This document shows positions 1 to 11,300 of a stretch of DNA of 64,000 bases, one piece after another. Positions within the stretch are counted from its first letter, which is position 1, and every line of letters begins with the position of its first letter. Below the pieces are notes generated by a model. It was not told the origin of the DNA. It did not search any database and saw only the letters and a list, made by a program, of their open reading frames with translations. Source of the DNA: Eledone cirrhosa (taxonomy: Eukaryota); the NCBI GenBank assembly GCA_964016885.1, contig OZ024744.1, positions 128,464,001-128,528,000 of the forward strand, written 5' to 3'. Made by a program: the position numbers and the translations under genes.

Positions 1-3000
1 GTTAAGTTGGGGTTAAGTTAAGTTGGGGTTAAGTTAAGTTGGGGTAAATTTAAGTTGGGGTTAAGTTAAGTTCGGGTTAAGTTAAGTTGGGGTAGAGTTA
101 AATTGAGGTTAAGTTAACTTTGGTTTCAGTTAAGTTGGGGTTAAGTTAAGTTGGGGTTAAGTTAAGTTGGGGTTAATTTAAGTTGGGGTTAAATTAAGTT
201 GGAGTTAAGCTAAGTTGGGGTTTATTTAAATTGAGGTTAAGTTAACTTGGGTTTGAGTTAAGTTGGGGTTAAGTTAAGTTGGGGTTAAGTTAACTTGGGT
301 TTGAGTTAAGTTGGGGTTAAGTTAAGTTGGGGTTAAGTTAAGTTGGGGTTAATTTAAGTTGGGGTTAAATTAAGTTGGGGTTAAGTTAAGTTGGGGTTAA
401 GTTAAGTTGAGGTTGAGTTAAGTTGGGGTTGAATTAAGTTGGGGTTAAGTTAAGTTGGGGTTAAGTTAAGATGGGGTTAAGCTAAGTTGGGGTTAAGTTA
501 AATTGAGGTTAAGTTAACTTGGGTTTGAGTTAAGTTGGGGTTAAGTTAAGTTGGGGTTAAGTTAAGTTGGGGTTAATTTAAGTTGGGGTTAAATTAAGTT
601 GGGGTTAAGTTAAGTTGGGGTTAAGTTAAGTTGGAGTTAAGTTAAGTTGGGGTTAAGTTAAGTTGAGGTTGAGTTAATTTGGGGTTAAGTTAAGTTGGGG
701 TTAACTTAAGTTGGGGTTAATTTAAGTTGGGGTTAAGTTAAGTTGGGGGTAGGTTAAGTTGGGGGCAAGTTGAGTTGGGGTTAAGTTAAGTTGGGTTTAA
801 GTTAAGTTGGGGCTGAGTTAAGTTGGGGTTAAGTTAAGTTGGGGTTGAGTTAAGTTGGGGTTAACTTAAGTTGGGGTTAAGTTGGGGTTAAGTTAAGTTG
901 GGGTTAAATTAAGTTGGGGGTTAGTTAAGTTGGGGCAAGTTAAGTTGGGGTTAATTTAAGTTGGGGTTAATTTAAGTTGGGGTTATGTTAAGTTGGGGTT
1001 AAGTTAAGTTGGGGTTAAGTTAAGTTGGGGGTCAGTTAAGTTGGGGTTAAGTTAAGTTGGGGGTAAGTTAAGTTGAGGGTAAGTCAAGTTGGGGTTAAGT
1101 CAAGTTGGGGTTAAGTTAAGTTGGGGTTAAGTTAAGTTGGGGTTGAGTTAAGTTGGGGTTGAGTTAAGTTGGGGTTAAGTTAAGTTGGGTGTAAGTTAAG
1201 TTGGGGTTAAGTTAAGTTGGGGTTAAGTTAAGTTGGGGTTAAGTTAAGTTGGGGGTAAGTTAAGTTGGGGGCAAGTTAAGTTGGGGTTAAGTTAAGTTGG
1301 GGTTAAGTTAAGTTGGGGTTAAGTTAAGTTGGGGTTAAGTTAAGTTGGGGTTAAGTTAAGTTGGGGGTAAGTTAAGTTGGGGTTAAGTTAAGTTGGGGTT
1401 AAATTAAGTTGAGGTTAAGTTAATTTGGGGTTAAGTTAAGTTGGGGTTAAATTAAGTTGGGGGTAAGATAAGTTGGGGCTAAGTTAAGTTGGGGCTAAGT
1501 CAAGTTGGGGTTAAGTCAAGTTGAGGTTAACTTAAGTTGGGGTTAAGTTAAGTTGGGGTTAAGTTAAGTTGGGGTTAAGGTAAGGTGGGGTTAAGTTAAG
1601 TTGGGGTTAAGTTAAGTTGGGGTTAAGTTAAGTTGGGGTTAAGTTAAGTTAGGGTTAATTTCAGTTGGGGTTATGTTAAGTTGGGGTTAAGTTAAGTTGG
1701 GGTTAAGTTAAGTTGAGGTTAAGTTAAGTTGGAGTTAAGTTAAGTTGGGGTTAAGCTAAGTTGGGGTTAAGTTAATTTGCGGTTAAGTTAGGTTGTGGGT
1801 TAAGTTAAGTTGGGGTTAAGTTAAGCTGGTGTTAAGTTAGGGTAAGTTAAGTTGGGGTTAAGTTAAGTTGGGGTTAAGTTAGGTTGGGGTTAAGTTAAGT
1901 TGGGGTTAAGTTAAGTTGGGGTTGAGTTAAGTTGGGGTTGAGTTAAGTTGGGGTTAAGTTAAGTTGGGGTTAAGTTAAGTTGGGGTTAAGTTAAGTTGGG
2001 GTTAAGTTAAGTTGGGGTTAAGTTAAGTTGGGGGCAAGTTAAGTTGGGGTTAATTTAAGTTGAGGTTAAGTTAAGTTGGTGTTAAGTTAAGTTGGGGCTA
2101 AGTTAAGTTGGGGCTGAGTTAAGTTGGGGCTGAGTTAAGTTGCAGTTAAGTTAAGTTGGGGTTGAGTTAAGTTGCGGTTAAGTTAAGTTGGGGTTAAGTT
2201 AAGTTGGGGTTAAGTTAAGTTGGGGTTTATTTAAGTTGGGGTTCAGTTAATTTGGGGTTAAGTTAAGTTTGGGTTAAGTTGGGGTTAAATTAAGTTGGGG
2301 TTAAATTAAGTTGGGGTTAAGCTAATTTGGGGTTAAGTTAAGTTGGGGTTAATTTAAGTTGGGGTTAAGTTAAGTTGCGGGTAATTTAAGTCGGGGTTAA
2401 GTTAAGTTGGGGTTAAGTTAAGTTGGGGTTAAGTTAAGGTGGGGTTTAGTTAAGTTGGGGTTAAGTTAAGTTGGGGGTAAGTTAAGTTGGGGGTAAGTTA
2501 AGTTGGGGGTAAGTTAAGTTGGGGTTAAGTTAAGTCGGGGTTAAGTTAAGTTGGGGTTAAGTTAAGTTGGGGTTAATTTAAGTTGGGGTTAAGTTAAGTT
2601 GGGGGTAAGTTAAGTTGGGGGTAAGTTAAGTTAGGGTTAAGTTAAGTTGGGGTTGAGTTAAGTTGGGGTTAAGTTAAGTTGGGGTTATGTTAAGTTGGGG
2701 TTAAGTTAAGTTGGGGTTAAGTTAAGTTGGGGTTAAGTTAAGTTGCGGTTAAGTTAAGTTGGGGTTAAATTAAGTTGGGGTTAAGTTAAGTTGGGATTAA
2801 GTTAAGTTGGGGTTAAGTTAAGTTGGGGTTAAGTTAAGTTGGGGTTAAGTTAGATTGTTGTTAAGTTAAGTTGGGGTTAAGTTAAGTTGGGGTTAAGTTA
2901 AGTTGGGGTTAATTTAAGTTGGGGTTAAGTTATGTCGGGGTTAAGTTGAGTTGGGGTTAAGTTAAGTTGGGGTTAAGTTAAGTTGGGGTTAAGTTAAGTT

Positions 3001-5060
3001 GGGGTTAAGATAAGTTGGGGTTAAGTTAAGTTGGGGTTAAATTAAGTTCGGGTTAAGTTAATTTGGGGTTGACTTAAGTTGGGGTTAACTTAAGTTGGGA
3101 TTAAGTTAAGTTGGGGTTAAGTTAAGTTGGGGTTAAATTAAGTTCGGGTTAAGTTAAGTTGGGGTTAAGTTAAGTTGGGGTTAAGTTAAGTTGGGGTTAA
3201 GTTAGGTTGGGGTTAAGTTAAGTTGGGGGTAAGTTAAGTTGGGGTTAAGTTAAGTTGGGGTTAAGTTAAGTTGGGGGTAAGTTAAGTTGGGGGTAAGTTA
3301 AGTTGGGGTTAATTTAAGTTGGGTCGAATTAAGTTGGTGTTAAGTTAAGTTGGGGTTAAGTTAAGCTGGGGTTAAGTTAAGTTGGGGTTAAGTTAAGATG
3401 GGGTTTAGTTAAGTTGGGGTTAAGTTAAGTTGGGGTTACGTTAAGTTGGGGGTAAGTTAAGTTGGTGGTAAGTTAAGTTGGGGGTAAGTTAAGATGGGGT
3501 TAAATTAAGTTGGGGTTAAGTTAATTTGGGGTTGACTTAATTTGGGGTTGACTTAAGTTGGGGTTAACTTAAGTTGGGGTTAAGTTAAGATGGGGTTTAG
3601 TTAAGTTGGGGTTAAGTTAAGTTGGGGTTTAGTTAAGTTGGGGTTAAGTTAAGTTGGGGTTAAGTTAAGTTGGTGGTAAGTTAAGTTGGGGGTAAGTTAA
3701 GTTGGGGGTAAGTTAAGTTGGGGTTAATTTAAGTTGGGTCGAATTAAGTTGGTGTTAAGTTAAGTTGGGGTTACGTTAAGTTGGGGTTAAGTTAAGTTGG
3801 GGTTAAGTTAAGTTGGGGGTAAGTTAAGTTGGGGGTAAGTTAAGTTGGGGTTAATTTAAGTTGGGTCGAATTAAGTTGGTGTTAAGTTAAGTTGGGGTTA
3901 AGTTAAGTTGGGGTTAAGTTAAGTTGGGGTTGAGTTAAGTCGGGGTTAAGTTAAGTTGGGGTTATGTTAAGTTGGGGTTAAGTTAAGTTGGGGTTAAGTT
4001 AAGTTGGGGTTCAATTAAGTTGCGGTTAATTTAAGTTGGGGTTAAGTTAAGTTGGGGTTAAGTTAAGTTGGGGTTAAGTTAAGTTAGGGTTAAATTAAGT
4101 TGGGGTTAAATTAAGTTGGGGTTAAGTTAAGTTGGGGTTATGTTAAGTTGGTGTTAAGTTAAGTTGGGGTTAAGTTAAGTTGGGGTTAAGTTAAGTTGGG
4201 GTTAAGTTAGGTTGGTGTTAAGTTAAGTTGGGGGTAAGTTAAGTTGGGGGTAAGTTAAGTTGGTGTTAAGTTAAGTTGGGGTTAAGTTAAGTTGGGGTTA
4301 AGTTAAGTTGGGTTTAAGTTAAGTTGGGGCTAAGTTAAGTTAGGGCTAAGTTAAGTTGGGGTTAAGTAAAGTTAGGGCTAAGTTAAGTTGGGTTAAGTTA
4401 AGTTGGGGTTAATTTAACTTGGGGTTACATTAAGTTGAGGTTAAGTTAAGTTGGTGTTAAGTTAAGTTGGGGTTAATTTAAGTTGGGGTTAATTAAGTTG
4501 GGGTTAATTTAAGTTGGGGTTAAGTTAAGTTGGGGTTAATTTCAGTTGGGGTTGAGTTAAGTTGGGGTTAAGTTTAGTTGGGGTTAATTTAAGTTGGGGT
4601 TGAGTTAAGTTGGGGTTAAGTTAAGTTGGGGTTAAGTTATGTTCGGGTTAAGTTAAGTTGCGGCTAAGTTAAGTTGGGTCTAAGTTAAGTTGGGGTTAAG
4701 TTAAGTTGGGGTTAAGTTAAGTGAGGGTTAATTTAAGTTGGGGTTATTTTAAGTTGGGGTTAAGTTAAGTTGGGGTTAAGTTAGGTTGGTGTTAAGTTAA
4801 GTTGGGGGTAAGTTAAGTTGGGGGTAAGTTAAGTTGGTGTTAAGTTAAGTTGGGTTTAAGTTAAGTTGGGGCTAAGTTAAGTTAGGGCTAAGTTAAGTTG
4901 GGGCTGAGTTAAGTTGGGGTTAAGTTAAGTTGGGGTTGAGTTAAGTTGGGGCTAAGTTAAGTTGGGGTTTAGTTAAGTTGGGGTTAAGTTAAGGTGGGGT
5001 TAAGTTAAGTTGGGGTCAACTAAAGTTGGGGTTAAGTTAAGTTGGGGTTAACTTAAGTTG
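1..5060 (+). repeat. HOR copy, partial (first about 5 kb of the 7.2-kb unit)
   Basis: Ordered markers: GTAGAG 92, GGTTGTGGG 1791, TTGCAG about 2140, TTAGATTGTTG about 2850, GGGTCGAATT 3321/3736/3863, GTGAGGG 4721, CAACTAAAG about 5017. The order departs from the HOR after about 5060. Confidence 0.88.
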
Positions 5061-8000
5061 AGGTTAAGTTAAGTTGGGGTTAAGTTAAGTTGGGCGTAAG
5101 ATAAGTTGGGGGTAAGATAAGTTGGGGCTAAGTTAAGTTGGGGCTAAGTCAAGTTGGGGTTAATTCAAGTTGAGGTTAACTTAAGTTGGGGTTAAGTTAA
5201 GTTGGGGTTAAGGTAAGTTGGGGTTAAGGTAAGTTGGGGTTATGATAAGTTGGGGCTAAGTTAAGTTGGGGCTAAGTTAAGTTGGGGCTGAGTTAAGTTG
5301 GGGTTAAGTTAAGTTGGGGTTGATTTAAGTTGGGGTTAAGTTAAGTTGGGATTAAGTTAAGTTGGGGTTAAGTTAAGTTGGGGTTAATTTAAGTTGGGGT
5401 TAAGTTAAGTTGGGGTTAAGATAAGTTGGGGTTAAGTTAAGTTGGGGTTAAGTTAAGTTGGGGTTGAGTTAATTTGGGGTTAAGTTAAGTTGGGGTTAAG
5501 TTAAGTTGGGGGTAGGTTAAGTTGGGGGCAAGTTAAGTTGGGGTTAAGTTAAGTTGGGGTTAAGTTAAGTTGGGGGTAAGTTAAGTCGGGGTTAAGTTAA
5601 CTTGGGGTTAAGTTAAGTTGGGTTTAAGTTAAGTTGGGGCTGAGTTAAGTTGGGGGTAAGTTAAGTTGGGTGTAAGTTAAGTTGGGGTTAAGTTAAGTTG
5701 GGGTTCAGTTCAGTTGGGGTTAAGTTAAGTTGGGGTTGAGTTAAGTTGGGGTTGAGTTAATTTGGGGTTAAGTTAAGTTGGGGTTAAGTTAAGTTGGGGG
5801 TAGGTTAAGTTGGGGGCAAGTTAAGTTGGGGCTGAGTTAAGTTGGGGGTAAGTTAAGTTGGGTGTAAGTTAAGTTGGGGTTAAGTTAAGTTGGGGTTCAG
5901 TTCAGTTGGGGTTAAGTTAAGTTGGGGTTAAGTTAAGCTGGGGTTAAGTTAAGTTGGGGTTAAGTTAAGTTCGGGTTAAGTTAAGTTGGGGTTAAGTTAA
6001 GTTGGGGTTGAGTTAAGTTGGGGTTGAGTTAAGTTAGGGTTAATTTGAGTTGGGGTTATGTTAAGTTGGGGTTAAGTTAAGTTGGGGTTAAGTTAAAGTT
6101 GGGGTTAAGTTAAGTTGGGGTTAAGTTAAGTTGGGGTTAAGTTAAGTTGGGGTTAAGTTAAGTTGGGGTTAAGTTAAGTTGGGGTTAAGTTAAGTTGGGG
6201 TTGAGTTAAGTTGGGGTTGAGTTAAGTTGGGGCTAAGTTAATTTGTGGTTAAGTTAAGTTGGGGTTAAGTTAAGTTGGGGTTAAGTTAAGTTGGCGTTAA
6301 GTTAAGTTGGGGTTAAGTTAAGTTGGGGTTAAATTAAGTTGGGGTTAAGTTAAGTTGGGGTTAATTTAAGTTGGGGTTAAGTTAAGTTGGGGTTAAGTTA
6401 AGTTGGAGTTAAGTCAAGTTGGGGTTAAGTCAAGTTGGGGTTAAGTCAAGTTGGGGTTAAGTCAAGTTGGGGTTAAGTTAAGTTGGGGTTAAGTTAAGTT
6501 GGGGTTAAGTTAAGTTGGGGGTAAGTTAAGTTGGGTGTAAGTTAAGTTGGGGTTAAGTTAAGTTGGGGTTCAGTTCAGTTGGGGTTAAGTTAAGTTGGGG
6601 TTAAGTTAAGTTGGGGTTAAGTTAAGTTGGGGTTCAGTTAAGTTGGGGTTGAGTTAAGTTGGGGTTTAATTAAGTTGGGGTTGAGTTAAGTTGGGGTTGA
6701 GTTAAGTTGGGGTTGAGTTAAGTTGGGGTTGAGTTAAGTTGGGGTTGAGTTAAGTTGGGGTTAACTTAAGATGGGGGTTAAGTTACGTTGGGGTTAAGTT
6801 AAGTTGGGGTAAAGTTAAGTTGGGGTTAATATAAGTTGAGGTTAAGTTAACTTGGGGTTAAGTTAAGTTGGATTTAAGTTAAGTTGGGGTTGAGTTAAGT
6901 TGGGGTTACGTTAAGTTGGGGTTAACTTAAGTTGGGGTTAAGTTAAGTTGGGGTTAAGTTAAGTTGGGGTTAAGTTAAGTTGGGGTTAAGCTAAGTTGGG
7001 GTTAAGTTAAGTTGCGGTTAAGTTAACTTGGGTTTGAGTTAAGTTGGGTTTAAGTTAATTTGTGGTTAAGTTAAGTTAGGGTTAATTTCAGTTGGGGTTA
7101 TGTTAAGTTGGGGTTAAGTTAAGTTGGGGTTAAGTTAAAGTTGGGGTTAAGTTAAGTTGGGGTAAAGTTAAGTTAGGGTTAAGTTAAGTTGGGGTTAAGT
7201 TAAGTTGGGGTTAAATTAAGTTGGGGTTAAGTTAAGTTGGGGTTAAGTTAAGTTGGGGTTAAATTAAGTTGGGGTTGAGTTAAGTTGGGGTTAAATTAAG
7301 TTGGGGTTAAGTTAAGTTGGGATTAGTTAAGTTGGGGTTAAGTTAAGTTGGGGTTAAGTTAAGTTGGGGTTAAGTTAAGTTGGGGTTAAGTTAAGTTGGC
7401 GTTAAGTTAAGTTGGGGTTAAGTTAAGTTGGGGTTAAATTAAGTTGGGGTTAAGTTAAGTTGGGGTTAATTTAAGTTGGGGTTAAGTTAAGTTGGGGTTA
7501 AGTTAAGTTGGAGTTAAGTCAAGTTGGGGTTAAGTCAAGTTGGGGTTAAGTCAAGTTTGGGTTAAGTCAAGTTGGGGTTAAGTTAAGTTGGGGTTAAGTT
7601 AAGTTGGGGTTAAGTTAAGTTGGGGGTAAGTTAAGTTGGGTGTAAGTTAAGTTGGGGTTAAGTTAAGTTGGGGTTCAGTTCAGTTGGGTTTAAGTTAAGT
7701 TGGGGTTAAGTTAAGTTGGGGTTAAGTTAAGTTGGGGTTCAGTTAAGTTGGGGTTGAGTTAAGTTGGGGTTTAATTAAGTTGGGGTTGAGTTAAGTTGGG
7801 GTTGAGTTAAGTTGGGGTTGAGTTAAGTTGGGGTTGAGTTAAGTTGGGGTTAAGTTAAGTTGCGGTTAAGTTAAGTTGGGGTTAAGTTAAGTTGGGTTTA
7901 AGTTAAGTTGGAGTTCAGTTAAGTTGGGGTTAAGTTAAGTTGGGGTTAAGTTAAGTTGGGGTTAAGTTAAGTTGGGGTTGAGTTAAGTTGGGGTTTAATT

Positions 8001-8390
8001 AAGTTGGGGTTGAGTTAAGTTGGGGTTGAGTTAAGTCGGGGTTGAGTTAAGTTGGGGTTGAGTTAAGTTGGGGTTAAGTTAAGTTGGGGTTAAGTTAAGA
8101 TGGATTTAAGTTAAGTTGGGGTTAAGTTAAGTTGGGGTTAAGTTAAGTTGGGGTAAATTTAAGTTGGGGTTAAGTTAAGTTGATGTTAAGTTAACTTGGG
8201 GTTAAGTTAAGTTGGGGTTAAGTTAAGTTGGGGTAGAGTTAAATTGAGGTTAAGTTAACTTTGGTTTCAGTTAAGTTGGGGTTAAGTTAAGTTGGGGTTA
8301 AGTTAAGTTGGGGTTAATTTAAGTTGGGGTTAAATTAAGTTGGGGTTAAGTTAAGTTGGGGTTAAGTTAAGTTGGGGTTAAGTTAAGTTG
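5061..8390 (+). repeat. Non-HOR sub-domain of the same satellite with local duplications
   Basis: Same monomer with a different variant order: TTCAGTTCAG, runs of GTCAAG monomers, TTAAAG insertions at about 6096 and 7137, GGCGTT at 6293 and 7398. Confidence 0.75.
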
Positions 8391-11300
8391 GGGTTAAGGT
8401 AAGTTGGGGTTAAGTTAAGTTGGGGTTAAGTTCAGTTGGGGTTAAGTTAAGTTGGGGTTGAGTTAAGTTGGGGTTTAATTAAGTTGGGGTTGAGTTAAGT
8501 TGGGGTTGAGTTAAGTTGGGGTTGAGTTAAGTTGGGGTTGAGTTAAGTTGGGGTTAAGTTAAGTTGGGGTTAAATTAAGATGGATTTAAGTTAAGTTGGG
8601 GTTAAGTTAAGTTGGGGTTAAGTTAAGTTGGGGTAAAGTTAAGTTGGGGTTAAGTTAAGTTGAGGTTAAATTAACTTGGGGTTAAGTTAAGTTGGGGTTA
8701 AGTTAAGTTGGGGTTGAGTTAAGTTGGGGTTGAGTTAAGTTGGGGTTAAGTTAAGTTGAGGTTAACTTAAGTTGGGGTTAAGTTAAGTTTGGGTTAATTT
8801 AAGTTGGGGTTAAGTTAAGTTGGGGTTAAGCTAAGTTGGGGTTTATTTAAATTGAGGTTAAGTTAACTTGGGTTTGAGTTAAGTTGGGGTTAAGTTAAGT
8901 TGGGGTTAAGTTAAGTTGAGGTTAAGTTAAGTTGGGGTTAAGTTAAGTTGGGGTTAAGTTAAGTTGGGGTTAATTTAAGTTGGGGGTAAGTTAAGTTGGG
9001 GGCAAGTTAAGTTGGGGTTAAGTTAAGTTGGGGTTAAGTTAAGTTGCGGTTAAGTTAAGTTGGGGTTAAGTTAAGTTGGGGTTAAGTTAAGTTGGGGTTC
9101 ATTTAAGTTGGGGTTAAATTAAGTTGGGGTTAAGTTAAGTTGGGGTTAAGTTAAGTTGGGGTTATGTTAAGTTGGGGTTAAGTTAAGTTGGGGTTAAGTT
9201 AGGTTTGGGTTAAGTTAAGTTGGGGTCAAGTTAAGTTGGGGTTAAGTTAAGTTGGGCTTAAGTTAAGTTGGGGTTAAGTTAAGTTGGGGTTAAGTTAAGT
9301 TGGGGTTAAGTTAAGTTGGGGTTAAGTTAAGTCGGGGTTAAGTTAAGTTGGGGTTAAGTTAAGTTGGGGTTAAGCTAAGTTGGGGTTAAGTTAAATTGAG
9401 GTTAATTTAACTCGGGTTTGAGTTAAGTTGGGGTTAAGTTAAGTTGGGGTTAAGTTAAGTTGGGGTTAATTTAAGATGGGGTTAAATTAAGTTGGGGTTA
9501 AGTTAAGTTGGGGTTAAGTTAAGTTGAGGTTGAGTTAAGTTGGGGTTGAGTTAAGTTGGGGTTAAGTTAAGTTGGGGTTAAGTTAAGATGGGGTTAAGCT
9601 AAGTTGGGGTTAAGTTAAATTGAGGTTAAGTTAACTTGGGTTTGAGTTAAGTTGGGGTTAAGTTAAGTTGGGGTTAAGTTAAGTTGGGGTTAATTTAAGT
9701 TGGGGTTAAATTAAGTTGGGGTTAAGTTAAGTTGGGGTTAAGTTAAGTTGGGGTTAAGTTAAGTTGGGGTTAAGTTAAGTTGGGGTTGAGTTAAGTTGAG
9801 GTTAAGTTAAGTCGGGGTTAAGTTAAGTTGAGGTTGAGTTAAGTTGGGGTTGAGTTAAGTTGGGGTTAAGTTAAGTTGGGGTTAAGTTAAGATGGATTTA
9901 AGTTAAGTTGGGGTAAAGTTAAGTTTGGGTTAATTTAAGTTGGGGTTAAGTTAAGTTGGGGTTGAGTTAAGTTGGGGTTGAGTTAAGTTGGGGTTAAGTT
10001 AAGTTGAGGTTAACTTAAGTTGGGGTTAAGTTAAGTTTGGGTTAATTTAAGTTGGGGTTAAGTTAAGTTGGGGTTAAGCTAAGTTGGGGTTTATTTAAAT
10101 TGAGGTTAAGTTAACTTGGGTTTGAGTTAAGTTGGGGTTAAGTTAAGTTGGGGTTAAGTTAAGTTGGGGTTAAGTTAAGTCGGGGTTAAGTTAAGTTGAG
10201 GTTGAGTTAAGTTGGGGTTGAGTTAAGTTGGGGTTAAGTTAAGTTGGGGTTAAGTTAAGATGGATTTAAGTTAAGTTGGGGTCTAGTTAAGTTGGGGTTA
10301 AGTTAAGTTGGGGTAAAGTTAAGTTGGGGTTAATTTAAGTTGAGGTTAAGTTAACTTGGGGTTAAGTTAAGTTGGCGTTAAGTTAAGTTGGGGTTGAGTT
10401 AAGTTGGGGTTAAGTTAAGTTGGGGTTAACTTAAGTTGGGGTTAAGTTAAGTTGGGGTTGAGTTAAGTTTGGGTTAAGTTAAGTTGGGGTTAAGCTAAGT
10501 TGGGGTTAAGTTAAATTGAGGTTAAGTTAAGTTGGGGTTGAGTTAAGTTGGGGTTAAGTTAAGTTGGGGTTGAGTTAAGTTGAGGTTAAGTTAAGTTGGG
10601 GTTAAGTTAAGTTGGGGTTAAGTTAAGTTGGGGTTCAGTTAAGTTGGGGTTAAGTTAAGTTGGGGTTAAGTTAAGTTGGGGTTAAGTTAAGTTGGGGTTG
10701 AGTTAAGTTGGCGTTTAATTAAGTTGGGGTTGAGTTAAGTTGGGGTTGAGTTAAGTTGGGGTTGAGTTAAGTTGGGGTTAAGTTAAGATGGATTTAAGTT
10801 AAGTTGGGGTTAAATTAAGTTGGGGTTAAGTTAAGTTGGGGTAAAGTTAAGTTGGGGTTAAGTTAAGTTGATGTTAAGTTAACTTGGGGTTAAGTTAAGT
10901 TCGGGTTAAGTTAAGTTGGGGTAGAGTTAAATTGAGGTTAAGTTAACTTTGGTTTCAGTTAAGTTGGGGTTAAGTTAAGTTGGGGTTAAGTTAAGTTGGG
11001 GTTAATTTAAGTTGGGGTTAAATTAAGTTGGAGTTAAGCTAAGTTGGGGTTTATTTAAATTGAGGTTAAGTTAACTTGGGTTTGAGTTAAGTTGGGGTTA
11101 AGTTAAGTTGGGGTTAAGTTAACTTGGGTTTGAGTTAAGTTGGGGTTAAGTTAAGTTGGGGTTAAGTTAAGTTGGGGTTAATTTAAGTTGGGGTTAAATT
11201 AAGTTGGGGTTAAGTTAAGTTGGGGTTAAGTTAAGTTGAGGTTGAGTTAAGTTGGGGTTGAATTAAGTTGGGGTTAAGTTAAGTTGGGGTTAAGTTAAGA

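Noticed and set aside
1660-1680. Scattered TTAGGG hexamers as vertebrate-type telomere seeds
   Set aside because: They are isolated single G-to-A variants of TTGGGG within the monomer and never occur in tandem.
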